Of a stretch of 64,000 nucleotides of DNA, positions 1 to 10,560 are shown piece after piece. The notes beneath the pieces are model-generated. The model saw only the letters and a list, made by a program, of their open reading frames with translations, had not been told where the DNA came from and ran no database searches. The position numbers and the translations under genes were made by a program. Location of the stretch: the NCBI GenBank assembly GCA_036513475.1, contig DATBYX010000475.1, positions 4,707 to 68,706 on the forward strand, given 5' to 3'. This DNA is from Xanthobacteraceae bacterium (GTDB lineage: Bacteria; Pseudomonadota; Alphaproteobacteria; Rhizobiales; Xanthobacteraceae). The number at the start of each line of letters is the position of its first letter. Position 1 is the first letter of the stretch.

Positions 1-1
1 G

Positions 2-364
2 AGCGACGGCGAATTCGTCGAATTGCTGCGTCAGGCCAATATCGTTGCCCATCGAGCCGCCATTGGCGGCAGCTTGGCAGGGTTCATCCTGTCCCGGATG
101 GTTTCCGGTGAGGCGGAAATCCTCTCCATGGCTGTTAGCTCCTCCCAGCGCGGCAAGGGGCTCGGAGGCCAACTTCTGCATCTGCATTTGCGTCGGCTCG
201 CTGGCTTGGGCATAGGCGCCGTCTTCCTGGAAGTTGCCGAGGACAACGTGCGGGCGCGACGCCTGTACCGGCGTGCGGGCTTTCGGGAAGTGGGCCGCCG
301 CGAAGGATATTATCCGGAGGGCAAAGGCTCAACGGCGCTTGTGCTTCGCCGCGACTTGCCGTGA
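2..364 (+). CDS. rimI: GNAT-family N-acetyltransferase, RimI-like; 5' end cut by the window edge
   Basis: The reading frame is open to the left edge, and the track start at 23 is a TTG. It carries the acetyl-CoA binding motif QRGKGLGGQLL and a C-terminal ARRLYRRAGF typical of RimI-type GNATs. Confidence 0.65.
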   Translation, partial: SDGEFVELLRQANIVAHRAAIGGSLAGFILSRMVSGEAEILSMAVSSSQRGKGLGGQLLHLHLRRLAGLGIGAVFLEVAEDNVRARRLYRRAGFREVGRREGYYPEGKGSTALVLRRDLP

Positions 365-377
365 TCTGGATTCCGCC

Positions 378-1360
378 ATGAAGCCGGTAAAATTCGCCTT
401 GGCCCTCGTACTTGGAACATGGTTCCTCGGCAGCGCGAGCCCTTCGCAGACGCCGAGCTTTCCCGAGCGCCCGATCAAGATGATCGTGGGATTCTCCGCC
501 GGAGGTGGCACCGACGTGGTCGCCAGGATCCTGGCGCAAAAAATGTCGGACACCATCGGCCAGTCCGTGGTGGTCGAGAACCGCACCGGGGCGAGCGGCC
601 TCATCGCCGCTGAAGCCGTCACCAAGTCGCCCCCCGATGGATACACGATTATGATGGGCAGCCAGACGACACTGGCGGTCGCCCCTACTCTCTACCGTAG
701 TACCGGCCTCGATCTCCGGCACGTGATTTCGCCGGCATCGCTCTCGCCGGCGTTTCGCCCATGGTCCTTGTGGTGCATCCCTCGATTGCGGCGCATTCGG
801 TTCCCGACGTGATCGCGATTGCTAAGACCGCGTCAGGTGCGCTCAATTTCGGATCGGGCGGCCTTGGCACTACGCCGCATATGGCTGCCGAGCTGTTCTC
901 CTCGCTGGCAGGGATCAAAATGACACATGTGGCTTACCGCGGCGAGGCGCCGGCCATCAATGATCTGCTCGGGGGTCAAATTCCGCTCATGTTCCCCAAC
1001 CTTTCCGCGGTCATGGGCAACGTCAAGGTGGGTCGGTTGCGCGCGTTGGCGGTGACCAGCGCGCATCGTTCGGCTTCCGCGCCCGAAATTCCCACCATTG
1101 CAGAAACCGCCCTCCCGGAGTTCGATGCCGCAACCTGGTTTGCCCTGGTTGCCCCCGCCGGAACGCCCCACGAGATCGTCCTCCGGCTCAATCGCGAGGT
1201 GCGGCACGCGCTCGCCCAGGCGGACTTGAAGCTACGCTTCGCCGATCTCGGCATGACCAGCGAGGACAGTACACCGGAAGACCTCGATGCCTATATCAGG
1301 TCGGAAATCGTAAAATGGACGAAAGTGATAAAGGATGCCGACATCCACTCCCTGGAGTAG
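378..1360 (+). pseudogene. Bug/TctC-family periplasmic solute-binding protein, interrupted by a frameshift
   Basis: In frame 0, the signal peptide MKPVKFALALVLGTWFLGSA is followed by the Bug hallmark RPIKMIVGFSAGGGTDVVARILAQKM...VVENRTGASG. The rest of the family sequence (DFAGIALAGVSPMVLVVHPS...GSGGLGTTPHMAAELF...VAYRGEAPAINDLLGGQIP, to the stop at 1360) continues in frame 2. Frame 0 terminates at 812 and frame 2 has a TAG at 698-700, so the switch lies in 701-724. Confidence 0.7.
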
Positions 1361-1363
1361 CGC

Positions 1364-2758
1364 ATGAGCGCAGACCGCAAGGTCCACATCAAGTCCTTCG
1401 GTTGTCAGATGAACGTCTACGATTCCCAACGTATGGCGGACACGCTCGCGCCCGAAGGCTTCACCGAAACGCTCACGCCTGAGGATGCGGATCTCATCAT
1501 CCTGAATACCTGCCACATTCGCGAAAAGGCGGAGGAGAAAGTCTTCTCCGAGCTCGGACGCATGCGTGGCCTAAAGGAGACCGCAGCGCGTGCCGGACAC
1601 CGGGTGAATATTGCCGTCGCCGGCTGTGTCGCCCAGGCGCAAGGGGCAGAGATCGTTCGCCGTGCGCCCGCGGTGGATCTCGTCATCGGCTCGCAGGCCT
1701 ATCACCGCCTGCCCGAGCTGCTCGCGCGCGCCGAGCGCGGCGGTAGGGTCGTCGACACCGAGTTTCCCGTCGAAGACAAGTTTGAGCAGCTCAAGGTCCC
1801 AAGCCGGGAGGCGATCCGGGCGCGCGGCGTATCGGCCTTCGTCACTGTGCAGGAAGGCTGCGATAAGTTCTGCACGTTCTGCGTCGTGCCGTACACGCGC
1901 GGGGCTGAAGCTTCGCGCCCGGTCGCCCATGTCGTTGCCGAAGTGGAACGGCTTGCGGATGCGGGGGTCCGTGAGATCACGCTTATCGGCCAGAACGTCA
2001 ATGCCTATCATGGAGGAGGTCCCGATGGTCGCGTCTGGACGCTCGGCAGACTTCTCTTCCGCATTGCCGAGGTGTCCGGTATTGCGCGCCTGCGCTACAC
2101 CACCAGCCATCCGTGCGACATGGAGCCGAGCCTGACTGCCGCGCATCGCGACCTGCCGGCGCTGATGCCCTGTCTGCACGTCCCTGCGCAAACCGGCTCC
2201 GATCGCATGCTGGCACTGATGAACCGCCAGCACACGCGAGCCGATTACCTGGAGATGATCGCGCGCATGCGCGCTGCGCGCGCGGACATGGCGTTCTCCT
2301 CCGATTTCATCGTCGGTTTCCCCGGCGAGCGCGAAGAGGACGTCGAGGCGACCCTCTCGCTCATTGACGAAGTCGGCTATGCCGGAGCCTTCTCGTTCAA
2401 ATACTCGCCTCGTTCCGGAACGCCGGCTGCGGCCATACCTGATCAAATCGGAGAGGATGCGAAACTGGAACGGCTCCGCCGTGTGCAGGCCGCGATCGAC
2501 CGTTATTCCACGGCTTTCAATAGCCACTGTGTTCAGCGCACCTTCGAGGTCCTGTTCGAAAAACCGGGGCGTCATCCTGGCCAGATCGTCGGCCGATCCC
2601 CATATCTGCAACCGGTTCAGGTCATGGCACCACACGCCCTGATCGGCAAAGTTGCGGCGGTAAGGATCACCGAAGCGGGCTCGAACAGCCTGTTCGGCGT
2701 GCTCTCGGGAGACATGCAGACAGGGGGCACTGAAGCCGTTGCGATCTCCTCGAATTGA
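1364..2758 (+). CDS. miaB: tRNA-2-methylthio-N6-dimethylallyladenosine synthase
   Basis: N-terminal [12 protein letters not shown], radical-SAM motif [17 protein letters not shown] (CxxxCxxC) and a C-terminal TRAM-like region. Conserved synteny with ybeZ-ybeY-corC-lnt. Confidence 0.95.
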   Translation: MSADRKVHIKSFGCQMNVYDSQRMADTLAPEGFTETLTPEDADLIILNTCHIREKAEEKVFSELGRMRGLKETAARAGHRVNIAVAGCVAQAQGAEIVRRAPAVDLVIGSQAYHRLPELLARAERGGRVVDTEFPVEDKFEQLKVPSREAIRARGVSAFVTVQEGCDKFCTFCVVPYTRGAEASRPVAHVVAEVERLADAGVREITLIGQNVNAYHGGGPDGRVWTLGRLLFRIAEVSGIARLRYTTSHPCDMEPSLTAAHRDLPALMPCLHVPAQTGSDRMLALMNRQHTRADYLEMIARMRAARADMAFSSDFIVGFPGEREEDVEATLSLIDEVGYAGAFSFKYSPRSGTPAAAIPDQIGEDAKLERLRRVQAAIDRYSTAFNSHCVQRTFEVLFEKPGRHPGQIVGRSPYLQPVQVMAPHALIGKVAAVRITEAGSNSLFGVLSGDMQTGGTEAVAISSN

Positions 2759-2783
2759 AAACGGATCCCTCGCGTCTCCCTCG

Positions 2784-3791
2784 ATGGTAACGACGAGTGG
2801 CCCCGCAGCGCAGTTCGTACTCGCTTTCGAAGACAATCGGCTGGCCTCTACGCTGTTTGGACAATATGGACAGAACCTTGCCCTGCTCGAGCGCAGGCTC
2901 GGCGTGGTCGCGGAGCAGCGCGGGAACCATGTTACTCTTGCCGGTCCGCGGGATGGTGTAGAGCAGGCGCGGCGTGTGCTCGAAACTCTGTACGAGCGCC
3001 TCAAGCAAGGTGGCGAGCTTGTCTCTGGCGATTTCGAGGGCGCCATCCGCTTGGCCATCGCTCAGGGATCGTTGTTTGATTACGATTCGGCCGACGCGCG
3101 AACAAGTTTTGAGGAGATCAACCTGCGCAAGCGGCCGGTGCGCGCACGTACCCCGGCGCAGGATGCGTACATCCGTGCGCTGCGCCGCCACGCCCTCGTG
3201 TTCGGGATTGGACCCGCGGGAACAGGAAAGACCTGGCTTGCTGTGGCGCATGCGGTCCAGCTATTCGAGCGCAAGGAGGTCGATCGCATTATTCTCTCGC
3301 GGCCGGCAGTCGAAGCCGGCGAGCGACTAGGATTTCTGCCCGGCGACATGCGGGAAAAAGTAGACCCCTATCTGCGGCCCATTTACGACGCGCTGTACGA
3401 CCTCATGGACGCACGCATTGTCGAGCGAGCCCTTGAGACAAGCGAGATAGAGATCGCCCCGCTCGCCTTCATGCGCGGGCGAACGCTTTCGAATGCAGTG
3501 GTGATCCTGGACGAAGCGCAAAATGCCTCTTCGATGCAGATGAAGATGTTTCTCACGCGTCTGGGAGAGAACAGCCGCATGATCGTCACCGGGGATCCAA
3601 GCCAGGTCGATCTGCCCCAGGGCCAGGTTTCGGGGCTGGCTGAGGCCACGCGGCTGCTGCGAAATGTCGAAGGCGTTGGCATTGTTGCGTACACCGCCCA
3701 GGACGTCATCCGACACGAGCTCGTAGGCCGCATTGTCGAGGCTTACGACAAAGAGGCGCTCAAGCTGGCGAGCGGTGCGCGAGAGCGATGA
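2784..3791 (+). CDS. ybeZ: PhoH-like ATPase (YbeZ)
   Basis: Walker A GPAGTGKTWLAVA, ILDEAQN and TGDPSQVDLP motifs. ATG 2784 is preferred over the TTG at 2739, which overlaps the miaB 3' end. Confidence 0.9.
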   Translation: MVTTSGPAAQFVLAFEDNRLASTLFGQYGQNLALLERRLGVVAEQRGNHVTLAGPRDGVEQARRVLETLYERLKQGGELVSGDFEGAIRLAIAQGSLFDYDSADARTSFEEINLRKRPVRARTPAQDAYIRALRRHALVFGIGPAGTGKTWLAVAHAVQLFERKEVDRIILSRPAVEAGERLGFLPGDMREKVDPYLRPIYDALYDLMDARIVERALETSEIEIAPLAFMRGRTLSNAVVILDEAQNASSMQMKMFLTRLGENSRMIVTGDPSQVDLPQGQVSGLAEATRLLRNVEGVGIVAYTAQDVIRHELVGRIVEAYDKEALKLASGARER

Positions 3792-4310
3792 ATGAGTTCG
3801 GCGCAGAGCTACCGCCCCACGCAGCAACCGTCCGAGCGGGTTTCATGGGAAGGCACGATTGACATCGTGACCCACTCTCCGTTGTGGAACGCCCGGCGCA
3901 ATTCCAAGACTGTCTTGAGGCGTGCAATAGATCAGGCGTCATCCGCGGTGGCACTGAAGGAGGGTGAACTGGCTATCGTGCTGGCCGATGATTCGACGCT
4001 GCGCATCCTCAACCGCAGATGGCGGCGGCAGGACAGACCGACTAATGTGCTTTCATTTCCTGCCAATGCCGGGCCGATCACGCGATCAATGACGACTCTG
4101 CTGGGCGACATCGTGATCGCCTATGAGACAACCGAGCGTGAAGCCCGGACACAAGGCAAGCCGTTCTCGCACCATCTCGCCCACCTCGCGGTGCATGGCT
4201 TTCTTCATCTGCTCGGCTATGATCATCAGGCTGAACACGACGCCCATGCGATGGAGGAGCTGGAGGCTTCCATACTCGCCCGGCTCGGCGTTCCCAATCC
4301 CTACTGCTGA
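3792..4310 (+). CDS. ybeY: rRNA maturation endoribonuclease YbeY
   Basis: Zinc motif HGFLHLLGYDH. The ATG directly abuts the ybeZ stop codon. Confidence 0.9.
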   Translation: MSSAQSYRPTQQPSERVSWEGTIDIVTHSPLWNARRNSKTVLRRAIDQASSAVALKEGELAIVLADDSTLRILNRRWRRQDRPTNVLSFPANAGPITRSMTTLLGDIVIAYETTEREARTQGKPFSHHLAHLAVHGFLHLLGYDHQAEHDAHAMEELEASILARLGVPNPYC

Positions 4311-4316
4311 TCTGCC

Positions 4317-5468
4317 ATGCCGGATCCCGACCCATCCAGCTCAGGCGCACCGAGCCCAGTGGCTAATCTGCCAGTTCCCGTGCCCAGGCCACCCGAATTC
4401 AACCGGGCGGTCCGGGAAGGGTGGTTCACGCGTGTGGTGCGCGCTGTGCTCGGGTGGAAGACGAGCAGCATCCGCGCGGATCTCAAGGATGTCCTGGAGG
4501 ATGCCACAGGGGAGACCGGCTTTTCGCCCACCGAGCGCATCATGCTCCGCAACATCCTGGGCCTGCGCGAACGCCGGATTGCGGATGTGATGGTTCCGCG
4601 GGCCGACATCATCGGCGTGCAGCGGGAGATCTCGTTGGGCGAACTCATGAAAGTGTTCGAAAGCGCGGGCCACTCACGTCTGGTCGTCTATGAAGAGACG
4701 CTCGACGACGCAGCCGGCATGGTCCACATCCGCGACTTGGTCGCGTTCATGACGATGCGCGCTGCGGCAGGCGCGAAAGCGAACACAAGGCGCAAGAAAC
4801 CCTTTCCCGCCGGGCTCGATCTAAAGGCGGTCGATCTTTCGATGCCGCTCTCGGCCGCAAGCATCATTCGAGAAATCCTTTACGGGCCGCCTTCTATGCC
4901 GGTACTCGATCTGCTGGCCAAGATGCAGGCAACGCGCATTCATCTGGCGCTCGTCGTGGACGAGTATGGGGGTGCGGACGGTGTTGTTTCGATCGAAGAC
5001 ATCGTCGAGCAGATCGTCGGGGAGATCGCCGATGAGCATGACGACGACTATGCACCAGGCATTATCCGGCAAGCCGACGGTTCTTTCCTCGCCGATGCGC
5101 GGGCCAGTCTCGAACATGTCACCGCGATCGTGGGCCCGGAATTCGTTGTAGGGGAAGTGGCCAACGAGGTGGACACGTTGGCAGGTTACGTCATGACCCG
5201 GATTGGGCGAGTGCCGGTGCGCGGCGAGCTGGTGCCAGGGCCAGGCCCGTTCGAATTGGAAATCCTCGACGCTGATCCGCGCCGGCTGAAAAAGCTGCGA
5301 ATCTATCGTGGTCTGGATCGGGCCAACGGCAAGCAGGCCGCAGCGCAAGAACCGGCAGAGCCCCATCCTGCGCAACCCTCATCTTACAGTCCGCTGTCCG
5401 CCTCCGACCTGGCGAGAGGCCTGCCGTCGCCGAACGCGCCGCCCCTGAAGTCCGCACGTCGCCCGTGA
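4317..5468 (+). CDS. corC: CBS-pair / CorC_HlyC transporter-associated domain protein (CorC/YbeX, 'hemolysin' family)
   Basis: Tandem CBS-like segments (ADVMVPRADIIGV..., GMVHIRDL..., ALVVDEYGGADGVVSIEDIVEQIVGEI) and a C-terminal CorC_HlyC-like region. It occupies the ybeX position of the ybeZYX-lnt operon. Confidence 0.85.
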   Translation: MPDPDPSSSGAPSPVANLPVPVPRPPEFNRAVREGWFTRVVRAVLGWKTSSIRADLKDVLEDATGETGFSPTERIMLRNILGLRERRIADVMVPRADIIGVQREISLGELMKVFESAGHSRLVVYEETLDDAAGMVHIRDLVAFMTMRAAAGAKANTRRKKPFPAGLDLKAVDLSMPLSAASIIREILYGPPSMPVLDLLAKMQATRIHLALVVDEYGGADGVVSIEDIVEQIVGEIADEHDDDYAPGIIRQADGSFLADARASLEHVTAIVGPEFVVGEVANEVDTLAGYVMTRIGRVPVRGELVPGPGPFELEILDADPRRLKKLRIYRGLDRANGKQAAAQEPAEPHPAQPSSYSPLSASDLARGLPSPNAPPLKSARRP

Positions 5469-7150
5469 AGCTAACCAAAGCTGCGCATCGCGTTGTCCTG
5501 GCTTGGGGCTGGCGCCGGGGCCTGATTGCGTTCTTCGCTGGGCTGGGCTCTGCGCTACCATTACTGATGTTGGGTTTTTGGCCTGCGGAGATGGCGTGCT
5601 GGCTGATCCCCTTCATCACCTTTCCAGTCGTGGTGTGGCTCATCGATGGCGCAGCGGGAAGTCGAATCCGGGCAGCCTTTGCTGCCGGTGGTGCGGGTTG
5701 GTGCTTCGGCTTCGGCTATTTTCTTACCGGCCTCTACTGGGTTGGTAATGCATTTCTGGTCGATGCGAAGACGTTCGGTTGGCTTCTTCCGGTTGCAGTC
5801 ATTGCGCTCCCCGCGGGGCTCGCCCTGTACACGGCATTCGGGTTTTTGCTCGCTCGATTGATCTGGACACGCGGAGCAACTCGGATCCTGGCCCTCGCCT
5901 GCGCGATGACCGTAGCGGAGTGGCTGCGCGGCCACCTCTTCAGCGGTTTTCCCTGGAACACCTTCGGATACCTCCTCGCCTCACCGCTTTGGCTCGCCCA
6001 GGGCGCCGCGGTCGTGGGGATCTGGGGGCTCACCTTTGCTGCAATCGCGATCTATGCGGCGCCCGCAGTGCTTGCAGACGACACAGCCGAGACAAAACGC
6101 CCTTGGATCGCGGTGGGGCTCGCGGCCGCGGCCATCATCGCCTTGGCAACCTTTGGGGCCATTCGCCTCGGCCAGAATGAGACGCGCTTTGTCGGCGGGG
6201 TTCGGTTGCGCATCATTCAGCCCAACCTGCAGCAGGACGAAAAATTCAACTACTCTCGCAAGCCGCAGGTGATGAGCCGCTATGTCGATCTGTCCAATGG
6301 TTCAACCGATCCGCAGTCGAGAGGGGTGCGGGACGTCACCCACCTGATCTGGCCGGAATCTGCATTCCCGTTTTTTCTCACGCGGGAAGCAGATGCGCTG
6401 GCGCAGATCGCCGCCCTGCTGGAGCCCAATACCATCTTGATCACCGGCGGTATCCGCCCACCCGATGCGCGGCCAAATACTTCAATCACTCGTGCCTACA
6501 ACTCCATTTACGTGATCGGCCACGACGGCTCCATACTCTCTGTCTACGACAAGGTGCATCTTGTCCCATTTGGCGAGTATCTACCGTTTCAGAGCATTCT
6601 GGAACGCTTGGGGCTGAGGCAACTCACGAAGCTCCGGGGCGGGTTCATTGCCGGCAATCGACGTCCAAATCAGCGCGTCCCTGGCGCGCCGGACTTCCTG
6701 CCGCTGGTGTGCTACGAGATCATCTTTCCCGGCGATTCCGTGCCGCGCGCCCAGCGAGCGGGTTGGGCGTACGGGCACCTCGGCCGCTATGTTGGTTGGC
6801 CCTTCGTGTCGGGCAGTGCCGAGCGGCCTGCCTGGATGCTCAATCTCACCAATGACGGCTGGTTCGGGCTTAGCGCCGGACCGCAGCAGCATTTCCAGCA
6901 GGCCCGGATGCGAGCTATCGAGGAGGGGCTGCCGTTGGTGCGGGCCGCGAATACGGGCATCTCAGCCGTTGTCGATCCATTGGGACGCGTCATTACGTCG
7001 CTGCCGCTCGGCCTACAGGGGGTACTTGATGCGTCGCTGCCGCAGGGCATTGCAGCGACGCCATACGCGCGTGCCGGGGACCGGACCCTTGGGGCGGTGC
7101 TCGCGCTCACGTTTGTTCTTGTCATGCTCTCGCGCAAAGCGCGCCAATGA
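5465..7150 (+). CDS. lnt: Apolipoprotein N-acyltransferase
   Basis: Multi-TM N-terminus plus a CN-hydrolase domain with LIWPESAFPFF, YDKVHLVPFGEYLP and LVCYEIIFP (the E-K-C triad context). The GTG start overlaps the corC stop (GTGA). Confidence 0.9.
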   Translation: MKLTKAAHRVVLAWGWRRGLIAFFAGLGSALPLLMLGFWPAEMACWLIPFITFPVVVWLIDGAAGSRIRAAFAAGGAGWCFGFGYFLTGLYWVGNAFLVDAKTFGWLLPVAVIALPAGLALYTAFGFLLARLIWTRGATRILALACAMTVAEWLRGHLFSGFPWNTFGYLLASPLWLAQGAAVVGIWGLTFAAIAIYAAPAVLADDTAETKRPWIAVGLAAAAIIALATFGAIRLGQNETRFVGGVRLRIIQPNLQQDEKFNYSRKPQVMSRYVDLSNGSTDPQSRGVRDVTHLIWPESAFPFFLTREADALAQIAALLEPNTILITGGIRPPDARPNTSITRAYNSIYVIGHDGSILSVYDKVHLVPFGEYLPFQSILERLGLRQLTKLRGGFIAGNRRPNQRVPGAPDFLPLVCYEIIFPGDSVPRAQRAGWAYGHLGRYVGWPFVSGSAERPAWMLNLTNDGWFGLSAGPQQHFQQARMRAIEEGLPLVRAANTGISAVVDPLGRVITSLPLGLQGVLDASLPQGIAATPYARAGDRTLGAVLALTFVLVMLSRKARQ

Positions 7151-7435
7151 TCGCTCCGCAGGACAGGTCAGCGCTCTGCGCATGTACATTCCGGAATTAC
7201 CGGTAAAATCTTCCTTATTCCTAACCAATTGGTACGACCGTATTTCCGCAATCCGCACGGCGTGCTATCATTTGCCCGAGAAAAATCATTGCGTTCTCGC
7301 CTGTCAGCATGAACACTCAGCCGTGCCAAGACCCATTTCCGTCGAGACATGATTTCGAGCTTCGCGAAGCGTTAATCCCAGCCAATTGCGATGCTGGGTA
7401 TCAGGTCACAATAGATAATGAGGAGAGCGTTTGAT

Positions 7436-7846
7436 ATGGCTGCAAAGAAGTCTCCCAACCCAATTGATAAGCACGTGGGAAGCCGAGTGCGCATGCGCCG
7501 CATGATGCTTTCCATGAGCCAGGAAAAGCTCGGGGATGCGCTCGGTCTTACATTTCAGCAAGTCCAGAAATACGAGAAGGGCACAAACCGGATTGGCGCG
7601 AGCCGGCTGCAGCAGATCTCAAATATTCTTCAGGTCCCGGTGGAGTTTTTCTTCGAGGGTGCTCCGAATGTGCATGGTGCCAGTGGCGGAGCGAAGGATG
7701 CAGCCTCCGCCAGCTACATATCGGACTTTCTCGCGACGTCGGAAGGGCTGTCGCTCACCCGCGCGTTCACGCGCATCAAGGAGCCCAAACTTAGACGCCG
7801 GATCGTTGACCTCGTCGAGGAGATCGCCGGAAAAGGCGAGCGCTGA
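7436..7846 (+). CDS. XRE-family helix-turn-helix transcriptional regulator
   Basis: HTH segment MSQEKLGDALGLTFQQVQKYEKGTNRIGASRL. AGGAGA lies 8 nt upstream of ATG 7436, so this start is preferred over ATG 7418. Confidence 0.85.
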   Translation: MAAKKSPNPIDKHVGSRVRMRRMMLSMSQEKLGDALGLTFQQVQKYEKGTNRIGASRLQQISNILQVPVEFFFEGAPNVHGASGGAKDAASASYISDFLATSEGLSLTRAFTRIKEPKLRRRIVDLVEEIAGKGER

Positions 7847-8046
7847 AACTTCAAGCCGGATATCCGTTATTCCGCTCGTCTGCCGAGTGAGGACACTTGG
7901 GCGCGTACAGCACTCGAAGCCTGCGGGAGCGCCTGAACATCCATAAGCGGTCGGACTGCTCTCGCCTATCTTGACCCCATTGTCCGGCGCTGCAACAAAG
8001 GCGCGCCGTAGCGCGCTTTGCCGGGGCCTGCCAGGGGAGCTTTTCA

Positions 8047-9321
8047 GTGTCACACGCCAATTATCTTTTCACCAGCGAGTCCGTCTCCGAAGGACATCCC
8101 GACAAGGTCTGCGATCAGATTTCGGATGCGATCCTCGATGCATTCATCCAAAACGATCTCAAGCTCGGCATCGCGGATGACAGCAAGGTGAATACCCGGC
8201 TGGGGTGCGAGACCTTGTGTACTACCAACAAGATTATCGTGGCCGGCGAAGGTCGCGGCCAAGCGCCCTTTTTCAAAAAATATGGCAATCATGCCGTGGT
8301 CAACCGCGAAATGATCGCCCAAATCGCGCGCGAGGTCGTGCGCGATATCGGCTACGACCAGGAAGGCTTTTCCTACAGCGGAGCGGAAATCGAGGTGCTG
8401 CTGCATGGGCAGTCGCCCGACATCGCCATGGGCGTGGATGCCAGAAAGAAGAAAGGAGAAGAGCAGGAGGGCGCGGGCGATCAGGGCATGATGTTCGGTT
8501 TTGCCTGCACTGAAAGCGAGGTTTACGAGAAAGGCTCGTTCATGCCCGCCCCGATTTACTTCGCACACAAAATCCTGAAGGTCATGGCGGAGCGGCGTCG
8601 CTCCCAGCAATTATTCGATCTGCAGCCCGATGCGAAAAGCCAAGTAACGGTGGAATACGTGAACGGCAAGCCGGTCGGATGCACCAAGGTTGTCGTCTCG
8701 ACCCAGCATAACCCCGAGACCCGTAACGGGAAAAAATACACCCCGAGCATGGTCAAGGAGATGATCGCGGACACCGTTGCCTCCGCCCTTCCGGACGGCT
8801 GGATGCCCAAGCGAGCGGGCGACTTCCTGGTCAATCCTACCGGCAATTTCGTCGTCGGCGGCCCGGATGGGGATTGCGGCCTGACCGGCCGCAAGATCAT
8901 CGTGGATACCTACGGAGGCTATGCGCCCCACGGCGGCGGCGCGTTTTCCGGCAAGGACCCGACCAAGGTTGATCGTTCCGCTGCCTACGCGGCGCGGTAC
9001 TTGGCGAAGAACATCGTGGCAGCTGGGATCGCGGAGCGCTGCACAATTCAAATCGCCTACGCGATTGGCGTTGCCGATCCCATGTCGCTGCTCGTCGACC
9101 TTCACGACACAGGTACGGTCGATGAGAGGAAAATCGAGAAGCTGCTGCCGGAACTATTCCCCCTCCGTCCGACGGGCATCCGGCGCGCGCTAAAGCTCTC
9201 CAGACCGATCTATCGCAGGACCGCGGCCTACGGGCACTTCGGCCGGACATCGGAGAAGGATGGCGGATTTTCCTGGGAAAGGACCGATCTCGCCGACCCG
9301 CTCAAGCGAGCCCTGAGCTGA
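8047..9321 (+). CDS. metK: S-adenosylmethionine synthetase
   Basis: [34 protein letters not shown] and [19 protein letters not shown] motifs. GTG start with GGGGAG 8 nt upstream. Confidence 0.95.
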   Translation: MSHANYLFTSESVSEGHPDKVCDQISDAILDAFIQNDLKLGIADDSKVNTRLGCETLCTTNKIIVAGEGRGQAPFFKKYGNHAVVNREMIAQIAREVVRDIGYDQEGFSYSGAEIEVLLHGQSPDIAMGVDARKKKGEEQEGAGDQGMMFGFACTESEVYEKGSFMPAPIYFAHKILKVMAERRRSQQLFDLQPDAKSQVTVEYVNGKPVGCTKVVVSTQHNPETRNGKKYTPSMVKEMIADTVASALPDGWMPKRAGDFLVNPTGNFVVGGPDGDCGLTGRKIIVDTYGGYAPHGGGAFSGKDPTKVDRSAAYAARYLAKNIVAAGIAERCTIQIAYAIGVADPMSLLVDLHDTGTVDERKIEKLLPELFPLRPTGIRRALKLSRPIYRRTAAYGHFGRTSEKDGGFSWERTDLADPLKRALS

Positions 9322-9348
9322 CCGGGTCAGCGCGACCTCAAGTGACAA

Positions 9349-10560
9349 TCATTCAGCCGGGACTACAAGCGCGTTGCGCTCGGAACTGGCGCGCGCCGTC
9401 CCGACGCACAACAGACTGATGAGCAAGACGCAAGCGACGAGCACCAAGACCAGATCGGGCCGACCTTGGTCGAACAGGTAGCCGAACGGAACAGGCGCAA
9501 GCGCCCCGCCCAACGGCAGGCCGGCACTGACGAATCCGAACACCTTCCCAATCTGACCCGGCGGCGACGCATCCTTCAGCATCACGTCGCGTGGTGTGCG
9601 GCTCGCCCCTATGAGCACACCGGCCGCGAACAGCACGAGGAGCGTGGTGACCTCGCTCATGGTCTGGAATGAAACCAGCAGTACGAGTGCAGCCGCCACG
9701 ATGGTCAAGATCGCGGTGAAGGCCAAGTGGCGGTCGCTCCGATCCGCCACCCATCCTCCAACCAGAACGCCGCTCGTCGCCCCAGCCAAGAAACCCGTGA
9801 GCGCAAGGGAGGCAGCTTCGATTCCGAGGCCGTGAACATCGTGCAACACCGGGATCAACCACGACTGGATCCCACCGGTTGCAATCGCCGTCAACAGGAA
9901 AAACCCGAAGAAAAGCAGCATCGGTTTTGTCATGAGCAGAGTGCTGCCGCGAACCCCGGAGCCGCGCAGGGTCTCGTGCCGGCAAGTTTGCTCGCGCAGG
10001 ATTGCACTCTGCCAAACGATCACGAGCACCAGCGGCACCCCGAGCAGTCCGAGGACGAGCAGAGTGCTGCGCCAGCCCAGGAGGAAGGTCAGTGCTGCCG
10101 TAACTGGTGGTGCGAACACTGACCCCAGGTTGCCGCTGAAGGTGTGGAGCGCAAATGAGCGGCCCATCTGATTGCGCTGCACCGAGGCGCTGAGAATTGC
10201 GTAATCGGTCGGGTGGATCACCGAATTGCCGATCCCGGACAGCAGGCAAAGAAACAAGACCTGCCAATACGCCGTGGCAAACGCCAGGGCGGATATTGAC
10301 AACGTCATCAGGAGGGTCCCGCAGATAAGGAAAGGCCGGGCGCCATAGCGGTCCACCAGAAAGCCAACCGGTGTCTGCAGCAATCCGGCAGCGCACGACA
10401 TCAGGGCAATGGAGAGACCGAGCTCGGTGAAAGACACACCGAAGCTGGATTGCCACACCAAAAACATCGGCGGCAGGCACAGCTGATAAAAATGCGACAA
10501 GAAATGGCCGGTGCCGATAAGGGCGTTGACGCGGACGCTGGGGCTCTGCAGTAGCGTCAT
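9349..10560 (-). CDS. MFS transporter
   Basis: About 12 hydrophobic segments and the MFS loop signature GFLVDRYGARP between TM2 and TM3. Confidence 0.85.
   Translation of the reverse strand: MTLLQSPSVRVNALIGTGHFLSHFYQLCLPPMFLVWQSSFGVSFTELGLSIALMSCAAGLLQTPVGFLVDRYGARPFLICGTLLMTLSISALAFATAYWQVLFLCLLSGIGNSVIHPTDYAILSASVQRNQMGRSFALHTFSGNLGSVFAPPVTAALTFLLGWRSTLLVLGLLGVPLVLVIVWQSAILREQTCRHETLRGSGVRGSTLLMTKPMLLFFGFFLLTAIATGGIQSWLIPVLHDVHGLGIEAASLALTGFLAGATSGVLVGGWVADRSDRHLAFTAILTIVAAALVLLVSFQTMSEVTTLLVLFAAGVLIGASRTPRDVMLKDASPPGQIGKVFGFVSAGLPLGGALAPVPFGYLFDQGRPDLVLVLVACVLLISLLCVGTARASSERNALVVPAE

Noticed and set aside
1571-3058. 495-aa minus-strand ORF
   Set aside because: It is antisense to miaB and ybeZ, both of which have unambiguous motifs, and it has no features of its own.
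7370-7395. GTTAATCCCAGCCAATTG, considered as a CtrA box (TTAA-N7-TTAA)
   Set aside because: The second half is CAAT rather than TTAA, so it does not fit the consensus.
9315-9335. Palindrome GCTGACCGGGTCAGC at the metK stop codon, considered as a terminator
   Set aside because: The stem is short, the loop is 1-3 nt, and there is no U-tract in either orientation.
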